From Rickettsia typhi (GTDB taxonomy: Bacteria; Pseudomonadota; Alphaproteobacteria; Rickettsiales; Deianiraeaceae): 64,000 nt of DNA. Location: contig CAMAVJ010000004.1 of NCBI GenBank assembly GCA_945861725.1, positions 30,721 to 94,720 on the forward strand. The letters are read 5' to 3'. Position 1 is the stretch's first letter. Every line of letters starts with the position of its first letter. The position numbers were made by a program, and so were the translations under genes. Below are positions 17,211-27,595 of this stretch, piece after piece. The notes beneath the pieces are model-generated. The model saw only the letters and a program-made list of their open reading frames with translations. It searched no databases and was not told where the DNA came from.

Positions 17211-19154
17211 CTAAATTTTGCTTAAAATGTTTTCCGCCGTAATACCAAAGTAATCATAAACTTCCTCTGCCTTTCCGGAGTGACCAAATGTATCAACGGT
17301 AAAATATAAATCACCTTCGCGGATTAAACCCCAAAACGAGTTGACAATTCCAGCTTCGATGAAAACACGACAATAATTTCCCAATGTTTTTTCAAGATAT
17401 TCACTCGATTGCTGACGGAAAATTTCCAAACACGGCACCGAAACAACACGAATTTTCTTGCTTGATGCCCCCGCCACATCAAGAGCGATTCCAACTTCTG
17501 AGCCCGTTGCAATTATAACATACTCTGGATTTTCCTCATTTTTAACAACATATCCACCGAATTTTACAGGGTTTTCATGCGTTGATTCATTGACAAATGG
17601 TAGGTTTTGCCTGCTTAATGCAAAAAGTGACGGCGTTTCAAGTTCGTTTGCAAGTGCAAAACAGTTTGCGGTTTCGATTGCATCACACGGGCGGAAAACA
17701 TTCAAGTTTGGAATTGCACGAAGCGAAGCAAGGTGCTCAACGGGTTGGTGAGTTGGACCATCCTCCCCTAAGCCGATGGAATCGTGCGTCATAATATAAA
17801 AAACTTTGGTTTTCATTAACGCAGAAAGGCGAATTGAATTTCGCATATAATCTGAGAAAACAAGGAATGTTCCTCCAAATGGAAGAAATCCTGAAAGTGA
17901 AAGTCCGTTCATAATTCCTGCCATTGCGTGTTCTCGGACGCCATAAGCAATATAGTTTCCACTAAAATCATTTTTCGTTATAAGGCGATTTTTTGCAGAC
18001 TTTGTGTTATTGGATCCAGATAAATCTGCCGAACCGCCAATTACAAATGGCAAAGTTGAAAGTTCCTCAAGAACTACACCCGAAAGAACTCTTGTTGCTG
18101 AATTTGGTTTTTCTAAAGAAAATTTTACTTTAACTCGCTCAATTGCCTCTGAAATTTCTTGCTTAAAATTTCCATTAATGAATTTTTGTAAAAGTTCTTT
18201 TTTTGGCGATATTTCAACTTTTTTATTCCAACTCTGAAGTTCATTTTCAGATCTAACACCAATTTCACGCCAAGTATTGATAATATCAAGCGGAATGGTA
18301 TCAATGTTGTAATCAACACCAAGCTTGATTTTAAGAGCATATATCTCGTCAGAAGAAAGTGGCGAACCGTGAACCTTCGCCGTTCCTTCTTTTGATGAAC
18401 CAAAACCAATTTTCGTTGTTGCGATAATCACCGTTGGCTTTGTTGATTTTTGTGCCGATGCAAGTGAATTTTCAATTTCCTCAAAATTATGTCCATCACA
18501 TTCAACAACGGCAAACCCAAACGATTCAAACATTCTTGGGTAATCAACTGATGATGAAATGGAAAGATCTCCATCAATTGTGATGTTGTTTTTGTCGTAA
18601 ATTAAAACAAAATTTGAAAGACCTAAATGCCCAGCAATTTGAAGTGATTCGAGTGCAATACCTTCCATAGGGCAGCCGTCTCCACAAAGGCAATATGTTT
18701 TATACCCAATTAAGTCGCCGAATTCTGCATTAAGTTTTCTTTCTGCAATTGCCATTCCAATTGCATTTGCGATACCCTGCCCTAATGGTCCCGTTGTGGT
18801 CTCAATACCAGAAAGAAATCCGTATTCAGGGTGACCGGCTGTTTTTGAGTGAAGCTTTCTGAAGTTTTTTATCTCTTCAAGAGTGCAGTCTTCGTAACCC
18901 GTTAAGTGCAAAAGTGAATAAAGTAAAGCGGAAGCATGCCCAGCTGATAGAACGAAGCGATCGCGATTTAACCATTTTGGGTTTTTTGCATGAAATTTAA
19001 GGAATTTTGTAAATAAAACGGTTGCGATATCGGAGACTCCAAGTGGCATTCCAGGGTGACCAGAATTTGCACGAGAAATCATTTCAACAGAAAAAACGCG
19101 TAGTGCGTTGGATAGCACACTGGAAATTGTACTAGGAATGGTTTGTAATTTCAT
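17211..19154 (-). CDS. tkt: Transketolase
   Basis: 647 aa. Motifs are SGHPGMPLGVSDIATVLF, DRFVLSAGHASALLYSLLHLTGY, GPLGQGIANAIGMA, CLCGDGCPMEG, and GEDGPTHQPVEHLASLRAIPN. Confidence 0.93.
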   Translation of the reverse strand: MKLQTIPSTISSVLSNALRVFSVEMISRANSGHPGMPLGVSDIATVLFTKFLKFHAKNPKWLNRDRFVLSAGHASALLYSLLHLTGYEDCTLEEIKNFRKLHSKTAGHPEYGFLSGIETTTGPLGQGIANAIGMAIAERKLNAEFGDLIGYKTYCLCGDGCPMEGIALESLQIAGHLGLSNFVLIYDKNNITIDGDLSISSSVDYPRMFESFGFAVVECDGHNFEEIENSLASAQKSTKPTVIIATTKIGFGSSKEGTAKVHGSPLSSDEIYALKIKLGVDYNIDTIPLDIINTWREIGVRSENELQSWNKKVEISPKKELLQKFINGNFKQEISEAIERVKVKFSLEKPNSATRVLSGVVLEELSTLPFVIGGSADLSGSNNTKSAKNRLITKNDFSGNYIAYGVREHAMAGIMNGLSLSGFLPFGGTFLVFSDYMRNSIRLSALMKTKVFYIMTHDSIGLGEDGPTHQPVEHLASLRAIPNLNVFRPCDAIETANCFALANELETPSLFALSRQNLPFVNESTHENPVKFGGYVVKNEENPEYVIIATGSEVGIALDVAGASSKKIRVVSVPCLEIFRQQSSEYLEKTLGNYCRVFIEAGIVNSFWGLIREGDLYFTVDTFGHSGKAEEVYDYFGITAENILSKI

Positions 19155-19274
19155 TATAAGTTATTGCGTTGCAATAAACATAATCCAATGAAAATTTATA
19201 TGTCAATAATTTTAACTCTGCTGAACTACAAAATAATTGATGAAATATTTTATTATTTTAAATAGAAAAAAATC

Positions 19275-19303
19275 TTGACATTTTAAAAATATATATTTGA
19301 AAT
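19275..19303 (+). promoter_or_regulatory. Promoter candidate for the fibre locus
   Basis: TTGACA-N17-TGAAAT, 23 nt upstream of the subunit 1 ATG, in a 170-nt AT-rich gap. Confidence 0.45.
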
Positions 19304-19325
19304 CCGTTAATTAATTAAATTTTTT

Positions 19326-19925
19326 ATGTTTGAAAATAAACAAGTAAAAATCGCAATGAATATTGCATTTATGGTTTCCGTTGGTGGTGTTGCAGCAATT
19401 TTACACAATGCACCAGTAAGTGCTGAAACATATACTCCCGGTGCTGGAGCTTATGTGCCAACTGACTACACTGGCACAAATGCTGGGAATCCAATTAAAG
19501 CTATTTCTGGTGGCGTAGCAAAGGCACAAATTATGAAGCAGATTACATCGGCAACAGCTGGAACTTTGGATTTTGGTAAAGTTGTGCCAACTTCGGCACT
19601 TGGCACCATCGTTATCGCTGCAGATGGCTCAATTACAAACTCTGGTGGTGCTCGTTATATTCCAAACTCTGGTGCACATGTTGCACAACTGACATTTTCC
19701 GGTGAACCAAATCAAAAAATCGAAATTACTACTGCAGCTTCGGCAACTATTGCCAATGGCGTCAATACAATGACCATTGACTTCCTTTACCCAGCCGTTC
19801 CAAGTGCAATTGGTGCAGATGGTAATGCTGCTATGAGTTATGGTGGAACTCTTAATGTTGGGGCGAACCAAGCTCAGGGAATTTATTCTGGAACATATGA
19901 CATCTTTGTAACTTATGTTTCATAA
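19326..19925 (+). CDS. Secreted fibre/pilin-like subunit 1 (DUF4402-like)
   Basis: 199 aa with a signal peptide (..HNAPVSA/ETY) and no Cys. The core is LDFGKVVP..GTIVIAADGSITNSGGARY..AHVAQLTFSGEPNQKIEIT..MTIDF..GGTLNVGANQAQGIYSGTYDIFVTY. It is paralogous to the next two genes. Confidence 0.7.
   Translation: MFENKQVKIAMNIAFMVSVGGVAAILHNAPVSAETYTPGAGAYVPTDYTGTNAGNPIKAISGGVAKAQIMKQITSATAGTLDFGKVVPTSALGTIVIAADGSITNSGGARYIPNSGAHVAQLTFSGEPNQKIEITTAASATIANGVNTMTIDFLYPAVPSAIGADGNAAMSYGGTLNVGANQAQGIYSGTYDIFVTYVS
19522..19592 (+). repeat. 71-nt block identical between subunit genes 1 and 2 (second copy at 20252..20322)
   Basis: Base-by-base comparison of the printed lines: aggcacaaattatgaagcagattacatcggcaacagctggaactttggattttggtaaagttgtgccaact appears in both. 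Confidence 0.9.
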
Positions 19926-19989
19926 ATGGTTTTGGCTTTTTAAGCTAATGGCATATTAACTATATACAATTAATTAATTTTTATTTTTT

Positions 19990-20652
19990 ATGTTTAAAGA
20001 GAGGAGTAAACTTAAAATCGCAATGAATATTGCGTTCATGGTCTCAGCAGCGGGTGTTGCGACAATCGTACACAATGCACCAGCAAGTGCTGAAACATAC
20101 ACTGCACCTTCTTCGACGGGAAACTATACAGTTGGCGCTGACAAGGGTGATTATGTTGGATCGTCAACGACATATGGAACTTTAGACGTACTACATCTAT
20201 TTCCATTAACAACGCAAAGTGATGCCAACAGAAAAATTACTGGTACAGCACAGGCACAAATTATGAAGCAGATTACATCGGCAACAGCTGGAACTTTGGA
20301 TTTTGGTAAAGTTGTGCCAACTGTCACAGCGGGAACTGTTGTTGTAAATGCCAATGGTTCAATTACAAACTCTGGTGGAGCTCGTTATATTCCCAACTCT
20401 GGTGCACACGTTGCAACGCTATCATTCAGCGGGGAACCAAACCAAGGAATTTTAATTGATACAGCACCATCGGCAACACTTGCAAATGGCGCAAATACAA
20501 TGACGGTCAACTTCCTTTATCCAACACTGCCAACAACAATTGGTGCCGCAGGAACGGCAACAATGAACTACGGTGGAACTCTTAATGTTGGAGCAAACCA
20601 AGCAGCTGGTATTTACACAGGTACATATGACATCTATGTAACTTATGTTTAG
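19990..20652 (+). CDS. Secreted fibre/pilin-like subunit 2 (DUF4402-like)
   Basis: 220 aa. It has the same signal peptide and core as subunit 1 but a longer variable N-terminal region. It shares 71 identical nt with gene 1 and 117 identical nt with gene 3. Confidence 0.7.
   Translation: MFKERSKLKIAMNIAFMVSAAGVATIVHNAPASAETYTAPSSTGNYTVGADKGDYVGSSTTYGTLDVLHLFPLTTQSDANRKITGTAQAQIMKQITSATAGTLDFGKVVPTVTAGTVVVNANGSITNSGGARYIPNSGAHVATLSFSGEPNQGILIDTAPSATLANGANTMTVNFLYPTLPTTIGAAGTATMNYGGTLNVGANQAAGIYTGTYDIYVTYV
20493..20609 (+). repeat. 117-nt block identical between subunit genes 2 and 3 (second copy at 21027..21143)
   Basis: Base-by-base comparison: the run from aaatacaatgacggtcaacttcc to accaagcagctgg is identical, and the remaining 3' ends are near-identical. 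Confidence 0.9.
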
Positions 20653-20655
20653 CAG

Positions 20656-21186
20656 ATGGTCAATGCCAAATTTACACCTTTAAAAACCTCTTTTGCGGTT
20701 TTACTAAGGATGCTACTGGTATACACCACATTCAACCTTTCCCATACATTGCATTTCAATGCAAATGCAATTGAGGGAACGGTTGGCGCACAAGTTATGC
20801 AACAAATTGCATCAACTTCCGCTGGTAATATGGAATTTGGAAAAGTTGTTCCAACGGCAACAATTGGTACTGTAACAATTTCTCCAACTGGTGATGTTAC
20901 AAACGCAGGTGGGGCTCGTTATATTCCAAACTCTGGTGCACATATTGCAACTCTGACATTCTCAGGTCAGCCAAATCAAAACATTAACATTGAAACACCA
21001 ACTTCAACAACCATTGCCAATGGAGAAAATACAATGACGGTCAACTTCCTTTATCCAACACTGCCAACAACAATTGGTGCCGCAGGAACGGCAACAATGA
21101 ACTACGGTGGAACTCTTAATGTTGGAGCAAACCAAGCAGCTGGCGTTTACACGGGTACATATGACATCTATGTAACTTATGCTTAA
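20656..21186 (+). CDS. Secreted fibre/pilin-like subunit 3 (DUF4402-like, short N-terminus)
   Basis: 176 aa. It has a different, less canonical signal region (..HFNANA/IEG) and the same core ending GGTLNVGANQAAGVYTGTYDIYVTYA. Confidence 0.65.
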   Translation: MVNAKFTPLKTSFAVLLRMLLVYTTFNLSHTLHFNANAIEGTVGAQVMQQIASTSAGNMEFGKVVPTATIGTVTISPTGDVTNAGGARYIPNSGAHIATLTFSGQPNQNINIETPTSTTIANGENTMTVNFLYPTLPTTIGAAGTATMNYGGTLNVGANQAAGVYTGTYDIYVTYA

Positions 21187-21211
21187 TTAAATTTAACCTT
21201 TTTCATTTTTT

Positions 21212-22072
21212 ATGATACTAAAAAGAGCCGTCGCTTTAACAATTACTACCACTACTATCGCTTTATTATTTGCATCATCAGCATTTGCTAGGCTTTCATT
21301 GACACCGTTACGCGTCGAACTTAACACCACTAGTAAAATACAATCTGTATTACTTATGAATGAAACAGCAGATGTAACAACATATCGTATAGGTTTTCGA
21401 TACCAAACTATGACGCCAACTGGTGAAATTAAACTTGCAACAGAAGAAGAACATAAACTTATGCAACCAATCGAACAAATGGTTATGTTTTCTCCAAAGC
21501 AGGTGACGCTTCAACCAAAGCAAACTCAAACTGTGAAATTCACATTTAGGAAAATCCCAACTGCAACATTAAGCGAATATGCTGCTTATATTGTTTTTCA
21601 AGAACTTGATGACAGTCCAATAATTCCACAACTTTCAGAACAACCGGATGCAGGAAATGTTGCAATTAAAGTAAAACCTTTGTTCAAAATATCTATTCCA
21701 ATTTTTATTTCAGACGAAACTTCAACAAGTCAGAAATCAGCAGAAATTAATAATATGAAAATTGACAAGGATTTGAATGTCATAATGTTTGACATCAACA
21801 ATGTTGGACAATACTCAATGACTGGAAGAATTGTTGCGAAATTTTTCAAGGGCAAAAAAATGCTTGGTAAATTTGAACAAACAAATGTTTCAATTCCAAA
21901 CCCTTTAAAAATGCGTAAAATTCTTTTACAATACGATGAAACGGCCTTTAAGGATGATGATATTACTTCAATTGAGGCAACTTACTTACCCCCAGTTGGA
22001 GCAAGAGAATACAGCATCGCCAAAAAAATATTGGAATTGACACCGCGTACAACGCTAGATTCAGATAAATAG
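21212..22072 (+). CDS. PapD-like periplasmic chaperone (putative)
   Basis: 286 aa with signal peptide ..SSAFA/RLSLTPLRVEL. The mature N-terminus has the P.R motif. FSPKQVTLQPKQTQTVKFTFRK...YAAYIVFQEL parallels PapD ATPPVQRLEPGAKSMVRL...LFYFNLREIP. Confidence 0.6.
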   Translation: MILKRAVALTITTTTIALLFASSAFARLSLTPLRVELNTTSKIQSVLLMNETADVTTYRIGFRYQTMTPTGEIKLATEEEHKLMQPIEQMVMFSPKQVTLQPKQTQTVKFTFRKIPTATLSEYAAYIVFQELDDSPIIPQLSEQPDAGNVAIKVKPLFKISIPIFISDETSTSQKSAEINNMKIDKDLNVIMFDINNVGQYSMTGRIVAKFFKGKKMLGKFEQTNVSIPNPLKMRKILLQYDETAFKDDDITSIEATYLPPVGAREYSIAKKILELTPRTTLDSDK

Positions 22073-22157
22073 ATGATGGCGATAATTATGCTAACCAATG
22101 TTCCACTTCATGTGTTTAATATCAAAATTATTTCGCCAATTGGTTCAAATAACCATT

Positions 22158-25043
22158 ATGGCGATCCATCTTATGTGCTTTGCAAGTACCATTTGGCGTT
22201 CAATATGCTTTGCAGCGGAATTACAAAAAGAGCAGACACAGGAGCAACGTCCAAATTTGCCTCAAGTTTCATCACAAACTAAAGATTTACCACAAACGGA
22301 AGTCCCTCAAGTTGTTGATTCTTTGGCAACAAATTTTACAACACCAGAAACACCTACAACTTTAAATACCCTACATCAAGTTCCTGATATTGAAGAGGCT
22401 AAAATGGCGGCAACGCAAATGGTTGTTAGTAGTGAAACGCAGAAAAAACTTCCGTATATCTCAAAACCAACGGAACCTTCAAATTACGAACCATATTTAA
22501 CATCATTCAACCTTGGAAGTATTACCATTGCCGATGATTTTATCATATACGGAAGTACAATTCAGCGGGATAAATATTATATCCCACTTTCATTTTTCGC
22601 AAAATATACGCAAATTCCCCTTGAAGAAAAAGGAGATCTTCTTGTTGGGTGGTTTTTAAAGGAAAATAATAAAATTGAGATCAATACCAAAACTGGTGTT
22701 GTCAAAATTGGGAATGCAACCTACCAGTTTACAGCTCAAGATGCAGTAATTCTTTATACCGAACTCCTAGTTTCAATCGAAATGTTGGCTCAACTCTTTC
22801 CAATGGAAATGAAGTTTGACCTTTCTCAACAAGTTTTAAATGTTGAAACCAAAACACCATTCCCAATTGAACAAGCACTTGCAAGGCAAGAGGCTCTTGG
22901 AAATATTAATAAAGATAAAAACCCCGATGACGAAGAACTCAAAAAAGCCAAACTCGAAGTACAGGAATACCAACAATTTTCAATGCCAAATATTGATATG
23001 ACATACAGTAATGCAATTAATAGCCAGACTTTCAAAATGAATCAAAATCTTTCATTTACATCAACAAGTCACTTGCTAAAATCTATATTAAATGTTACAG
23101 GGAGTGTTGTTGGAAATTCAGATCAGTTCAATTTGAACTCAATGAAGGCTTCACTTCGAAGAAATGATTCCATTTCTCACCCATTTGAACACTACCTTCA
23201 CCCAAAGCAATACTGGGTTGGCGATATTGCCACAACGCCAGCAAATTTGATTTCAAGTGCAACAACGGGCATTGGGGCATCAGTTTCCAATATTCCAGCA
23301 GGTTGGAAAATTGACTTTAATAATTTGCAAATCACTGGTTATGCAATTCCAAATTGGTCAGTTGAAATTTATCTCAACAATAACCTTCTTAATTTTTCAA
23401 CAGTTGATTTAACGGGGTTTTACCTTTTTTCAGAAATTCCGCTCAGTGCTGGTCTTAACACGGTGAAGTTGGTGTTTTATGGTCCATTTGGGCAATCTCG
23501 CGAGGTGATTCAAAAAGTTAATCTTTCTTCGTCATTATTACAAAAAGGAAAAATTGGGTACGAGTTTAGTACAGTTAAAGAACGAACATCCATCATTCCA
23601 ACTGCAAGCTCAATACCAAAGGCGGATGATCAAACTTACGATACTCAACGATACTTCGGAAATATTCGCTACGGAATTGGTAATGAGACATCCCTTGCCA
23701 TTGGAATGACATCATATATGAAAAACTTTACTGGCATTGCGGCAAATCAAGCTGAACGCCAGAACTACCTTTCGTCATCAATAACAACGTCGCTTTTTGG
23801 GATAATAGTCAACACAGATTTTGCTTATCATCTGAATTCACATGAAGGTGCAGCAAAATTTAGTTTAAACGCGCCGGTTTTTAAGGAATCCAATTTGTTC
23901 GTAAGCTCGCAAATCTTTACGGAAAAGTTTATTAGCGAAACAAGACCTCAAGCAAATGAAGCTGCACAAAAATCATTAAATGAAATTCGTATAAAAAATG
24001 GAATAAAACTTTTTGGGAAATTTGTCGTAGGAACATATTCCCTCAAGGTAAACACGCTTAATTCTGGAAACGCAAATTATACACTCGATGCACAAAATTC
24101 AATCACATTCATTAAATCCCTCTCCCTTGCAAATAGCCTACAAACAAGTGTTAACCAAAATGGCAACCAAGTTGTAAAGTCCACAACAGGAAGTGCGAAC
24201 TTGACTTTTAAGTCGGAAAAAGGCTTTCTTTTACGTGGAACGGTAAATTATACTCCTCTTTTTGCACAAACCTTCTTCACAACATCGTCATTTAGTGCCA
24301 ACTATAATCGTGGTTTATTTGGCACAACCAGCACTTATAATATGAATCTGGTTACAAACCAAGGTACTTACATGATCGGCCTCAATGTTAATAGTAAATA
24401 TATTACGACAAGTTTTCAATTAGGCACGGATAAATCTATTAGTGCGAATATTAATATCAATTTTAACAAAAGCGTGATATTTGATGGTATTAAGCCAAAA
24501 ATAAGTCAATCTGGTGCTGCGAGTGGGGGAATTATTGCTGTTAGTGCATTTATGGATGCAAATAATAATGGTAAATGGGATTTTGACGAAGTACCAGCAA
24601 AAGATGTCGCAATCAAGACTTCGGGCAATTCAAAAAAAGAACTCACGAATGCAAAAGGTCAGCTACTTTTAACGGGACTTCCATCCGATTCCGCTTTCCT
24701 TTTTGATGCCGATACTGGAATGATGCCCGACATATCAGTTCAGCCTGCACAAAGTGTGAAAAGAAAAATCATTCTTAAAGCGGGAGCTCCTCACAAAATT
24801 CTTGTTCCAATTGTAAAAATTATTGATATTGAAGGAACGCTTGTTGTTCAAATGAACGATGAGAAAATTCCCGTCTCCAATGCAACGATTCAGTTAATCG
24901 ACAAAAGCAATAAAATCATTGATACTACAACGACAACACCAGACGGTTATTATATTTTTAGCAGAGTCGTTCAAGGAACTTACAAGGTTCGAGCTTCCAA
25001 AGAAACAATTGAAAAATATAAAAAGTATTTGCTCAATAAATGA
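22158..25043 (+). CDS. Outer-membrane usher-like protein with P/Q/T-rich linker and C-terminal Ig-like (SdrD-B-like / CarboxypepD_reg-like) domains
   Basis: The ORF is open from 22098. I prefer Met21 (MAIHLMCFASTIWRSICFAA/ELQ) as a signal peptide. Residues 411-490 (ITGYAIPNWSVEIYLNNNLL..GFYLFSEIPLSAGLNTVKLVFYGPFGQSREV..LLQKGKIGYEF) fit the fimbrial usher pattern G.a..a.V.v..Ng..i....v..G.F.i.dl....G.l.v.v...dG......v......ll..G...y. A long Y/S/T/N-rich stretch follows, which I read as likely beta-barrel. The C-terminus has DANNNGKWDFDE and TPDGYYIFSRVVQGTYKV. Confidence 0.6.
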   Translation: MAIHLMCFASTIWRSICFAAELQKEQTQEQRPNLPQVSSQTKDLPQTEVPQVVDSLATNFTTPETPTTLNTLHQVPDIEEAKMAATQMVVSSETQKKLPYISKPTEPSNYEPYLTSFNLGSITIADDFIIYGSTIQRDKYYIPLSFFAKYTQIPLEEKGDLLVGWFLKENNKIEINTKTGVVKIGNATYQFTAQDAVILYTELLVSIEMLAQLFPMEMKFDLSQQVLNVETKTPFPIEQALARQEALGNINKDKNPDDEELKKAKLEVQEYQQFSMPNIDMTYSNAINSQTFKMNQNLSFTSTSHLLKSILNVTGSVVGNSDQFNLNSMKASLRRNDSISHPFEHYLHPKQYWVGDIATTPANLISSATTGIGASVSNIPAGWKIDFNNLQITGYAIPNWSVEIYLNNNLLNFSTVDLTGFYLFSEIPLSAGLNTVKLVFYGPFGQSREVIQKVNLSSSLLQKGKIGYEFSTVKERTSIIPTASSIPKADDQTYDTQRYFGNIRYGIGNETSLAIGMTSYMKNFTGIAANQAERQNYLSSSITTSLFGIIVNTDFAYHLNSHEGAAKFSLNAPVFKESNLFVSSQIFTEKFISETRPQANEAAQKSLNEIRIKNGIKLFGKFVVGTYSLKVNTLNSGNANYTLDAQNSITFIKSLSLANSLQTSVNQNGNQVVKSTTGSANLTFKSEKGFLLRGTVNYTPLFAQTFFTTSSFSANYNRGLFGTTSTYNMNLVTNQGTYMIGLNVNSKYITTSFQLGTDKSISANININFNKSVIFDGIKPKISQSGAASGGIIAVSAFMDANNNGKWDFDEVPAKDVAIKTSGNSKKELTNAKGQLLLTGLPSDSAFLFDADTGMMPDISVQPAQSVKRKIILKAGAPHKILVPIVKIIDIEGTLVVQMNDEKIPVSNATIQLIDKSNKIIDTTTTTPDGYYIFSRVVQGTYKVRASKETIEKYKKYLLNK

Positions 25044-25522
25044 TGAAAGTTTTAAGAAATAATTTTGTGGTAATGTCACTCATCATTTCTTGGCTTTTGA
25101 CTGGATGCCTCTCCGTTGAGCCAAGGATTTTGAAGGTTGAAGATCGTCTTAAACCGCCATACAACTATCTTCTTCTTAAAGAAGTTGGAAATGATACAAC
25201 ATTCGATTATAAATGGAGTAATTACGATGACGGTTATCTAAGAATGGGCGATAAATTCTTGAAAGCTTATGTTCATATTATGAATAGAATGGAATCGCAA
25301 CCGCAGGATTTTATGTTTAACATTTATAAAAACCAAAAAGATGAAATCGTTGCAAGATTCAAGCAAAATGGTGAGGGCATTCAAGCAATTCACGAAAGAA
25401 GTGTGCTGAATGCATTTACAAAGATACTACTTGATGAAACTGAAAGTATTATTGAAACTGGCGATGAATTTTCAGTTGTAAATGATATTACAATCGTAAT
25501 TCCACGAATGGACGACAAGTAA
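25040..25522 (+). CDS. Lipoprotein of unknown function, last gene of the fibre locus
   Basis: 160 aa. The lipobox is WLLTGC. The ATG overlaps the usher-like stop (ATGA). Confidence 0.55.
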   Translation: MMKVLRNNFVVMSLIISWLLTGCLSVEPRILKVEDRLKPPYNYLLLKEVGNDTTFDYKWSNYDDGYLRMGDKFLKAYVHIMNRMESQPQDFMFNIYKNQKDEIVARFKQNGEGIQAIHERSVLNAFTKILLDETESIIETGDEFSVVNDITIVIPRMDDK

Positions 25523-25545
25523 AAAATATTAGCGAATGATGGACG

Positions 25546-25577
25546 GCAAACCCTAGGGATTTTTCCCTAAAGTTTGC
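25546..25577. terminator. Bidirectional hairpin between the fibre locus and groEL
   Basis: GCAAACCCTAGGGA-TTTT-TCCCTAAAGTTTGC. This gives 6+6 bp with an internal mismatch, in a 68-nt convergent gap. Confidence 0.5.
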
Positions 25578-25590
25578 TAATGGGGAAATT

Positions 25591-27572
<1,982 letters not shown>

Positions 27573-27595
27573 ATTAATCAGAGAATTAATTATTT

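Noticed and set aside
22073-22282. A 69-aa ORF starting right after the chaperone-like stop and overlapping the 5' end of the usher-like gene in another frame.
   Set aside because: I recognise no motif. The usher-like frame continues for about 3 kb and offers a good signal peptide. I kept it only as a caveat on start-site assignment.
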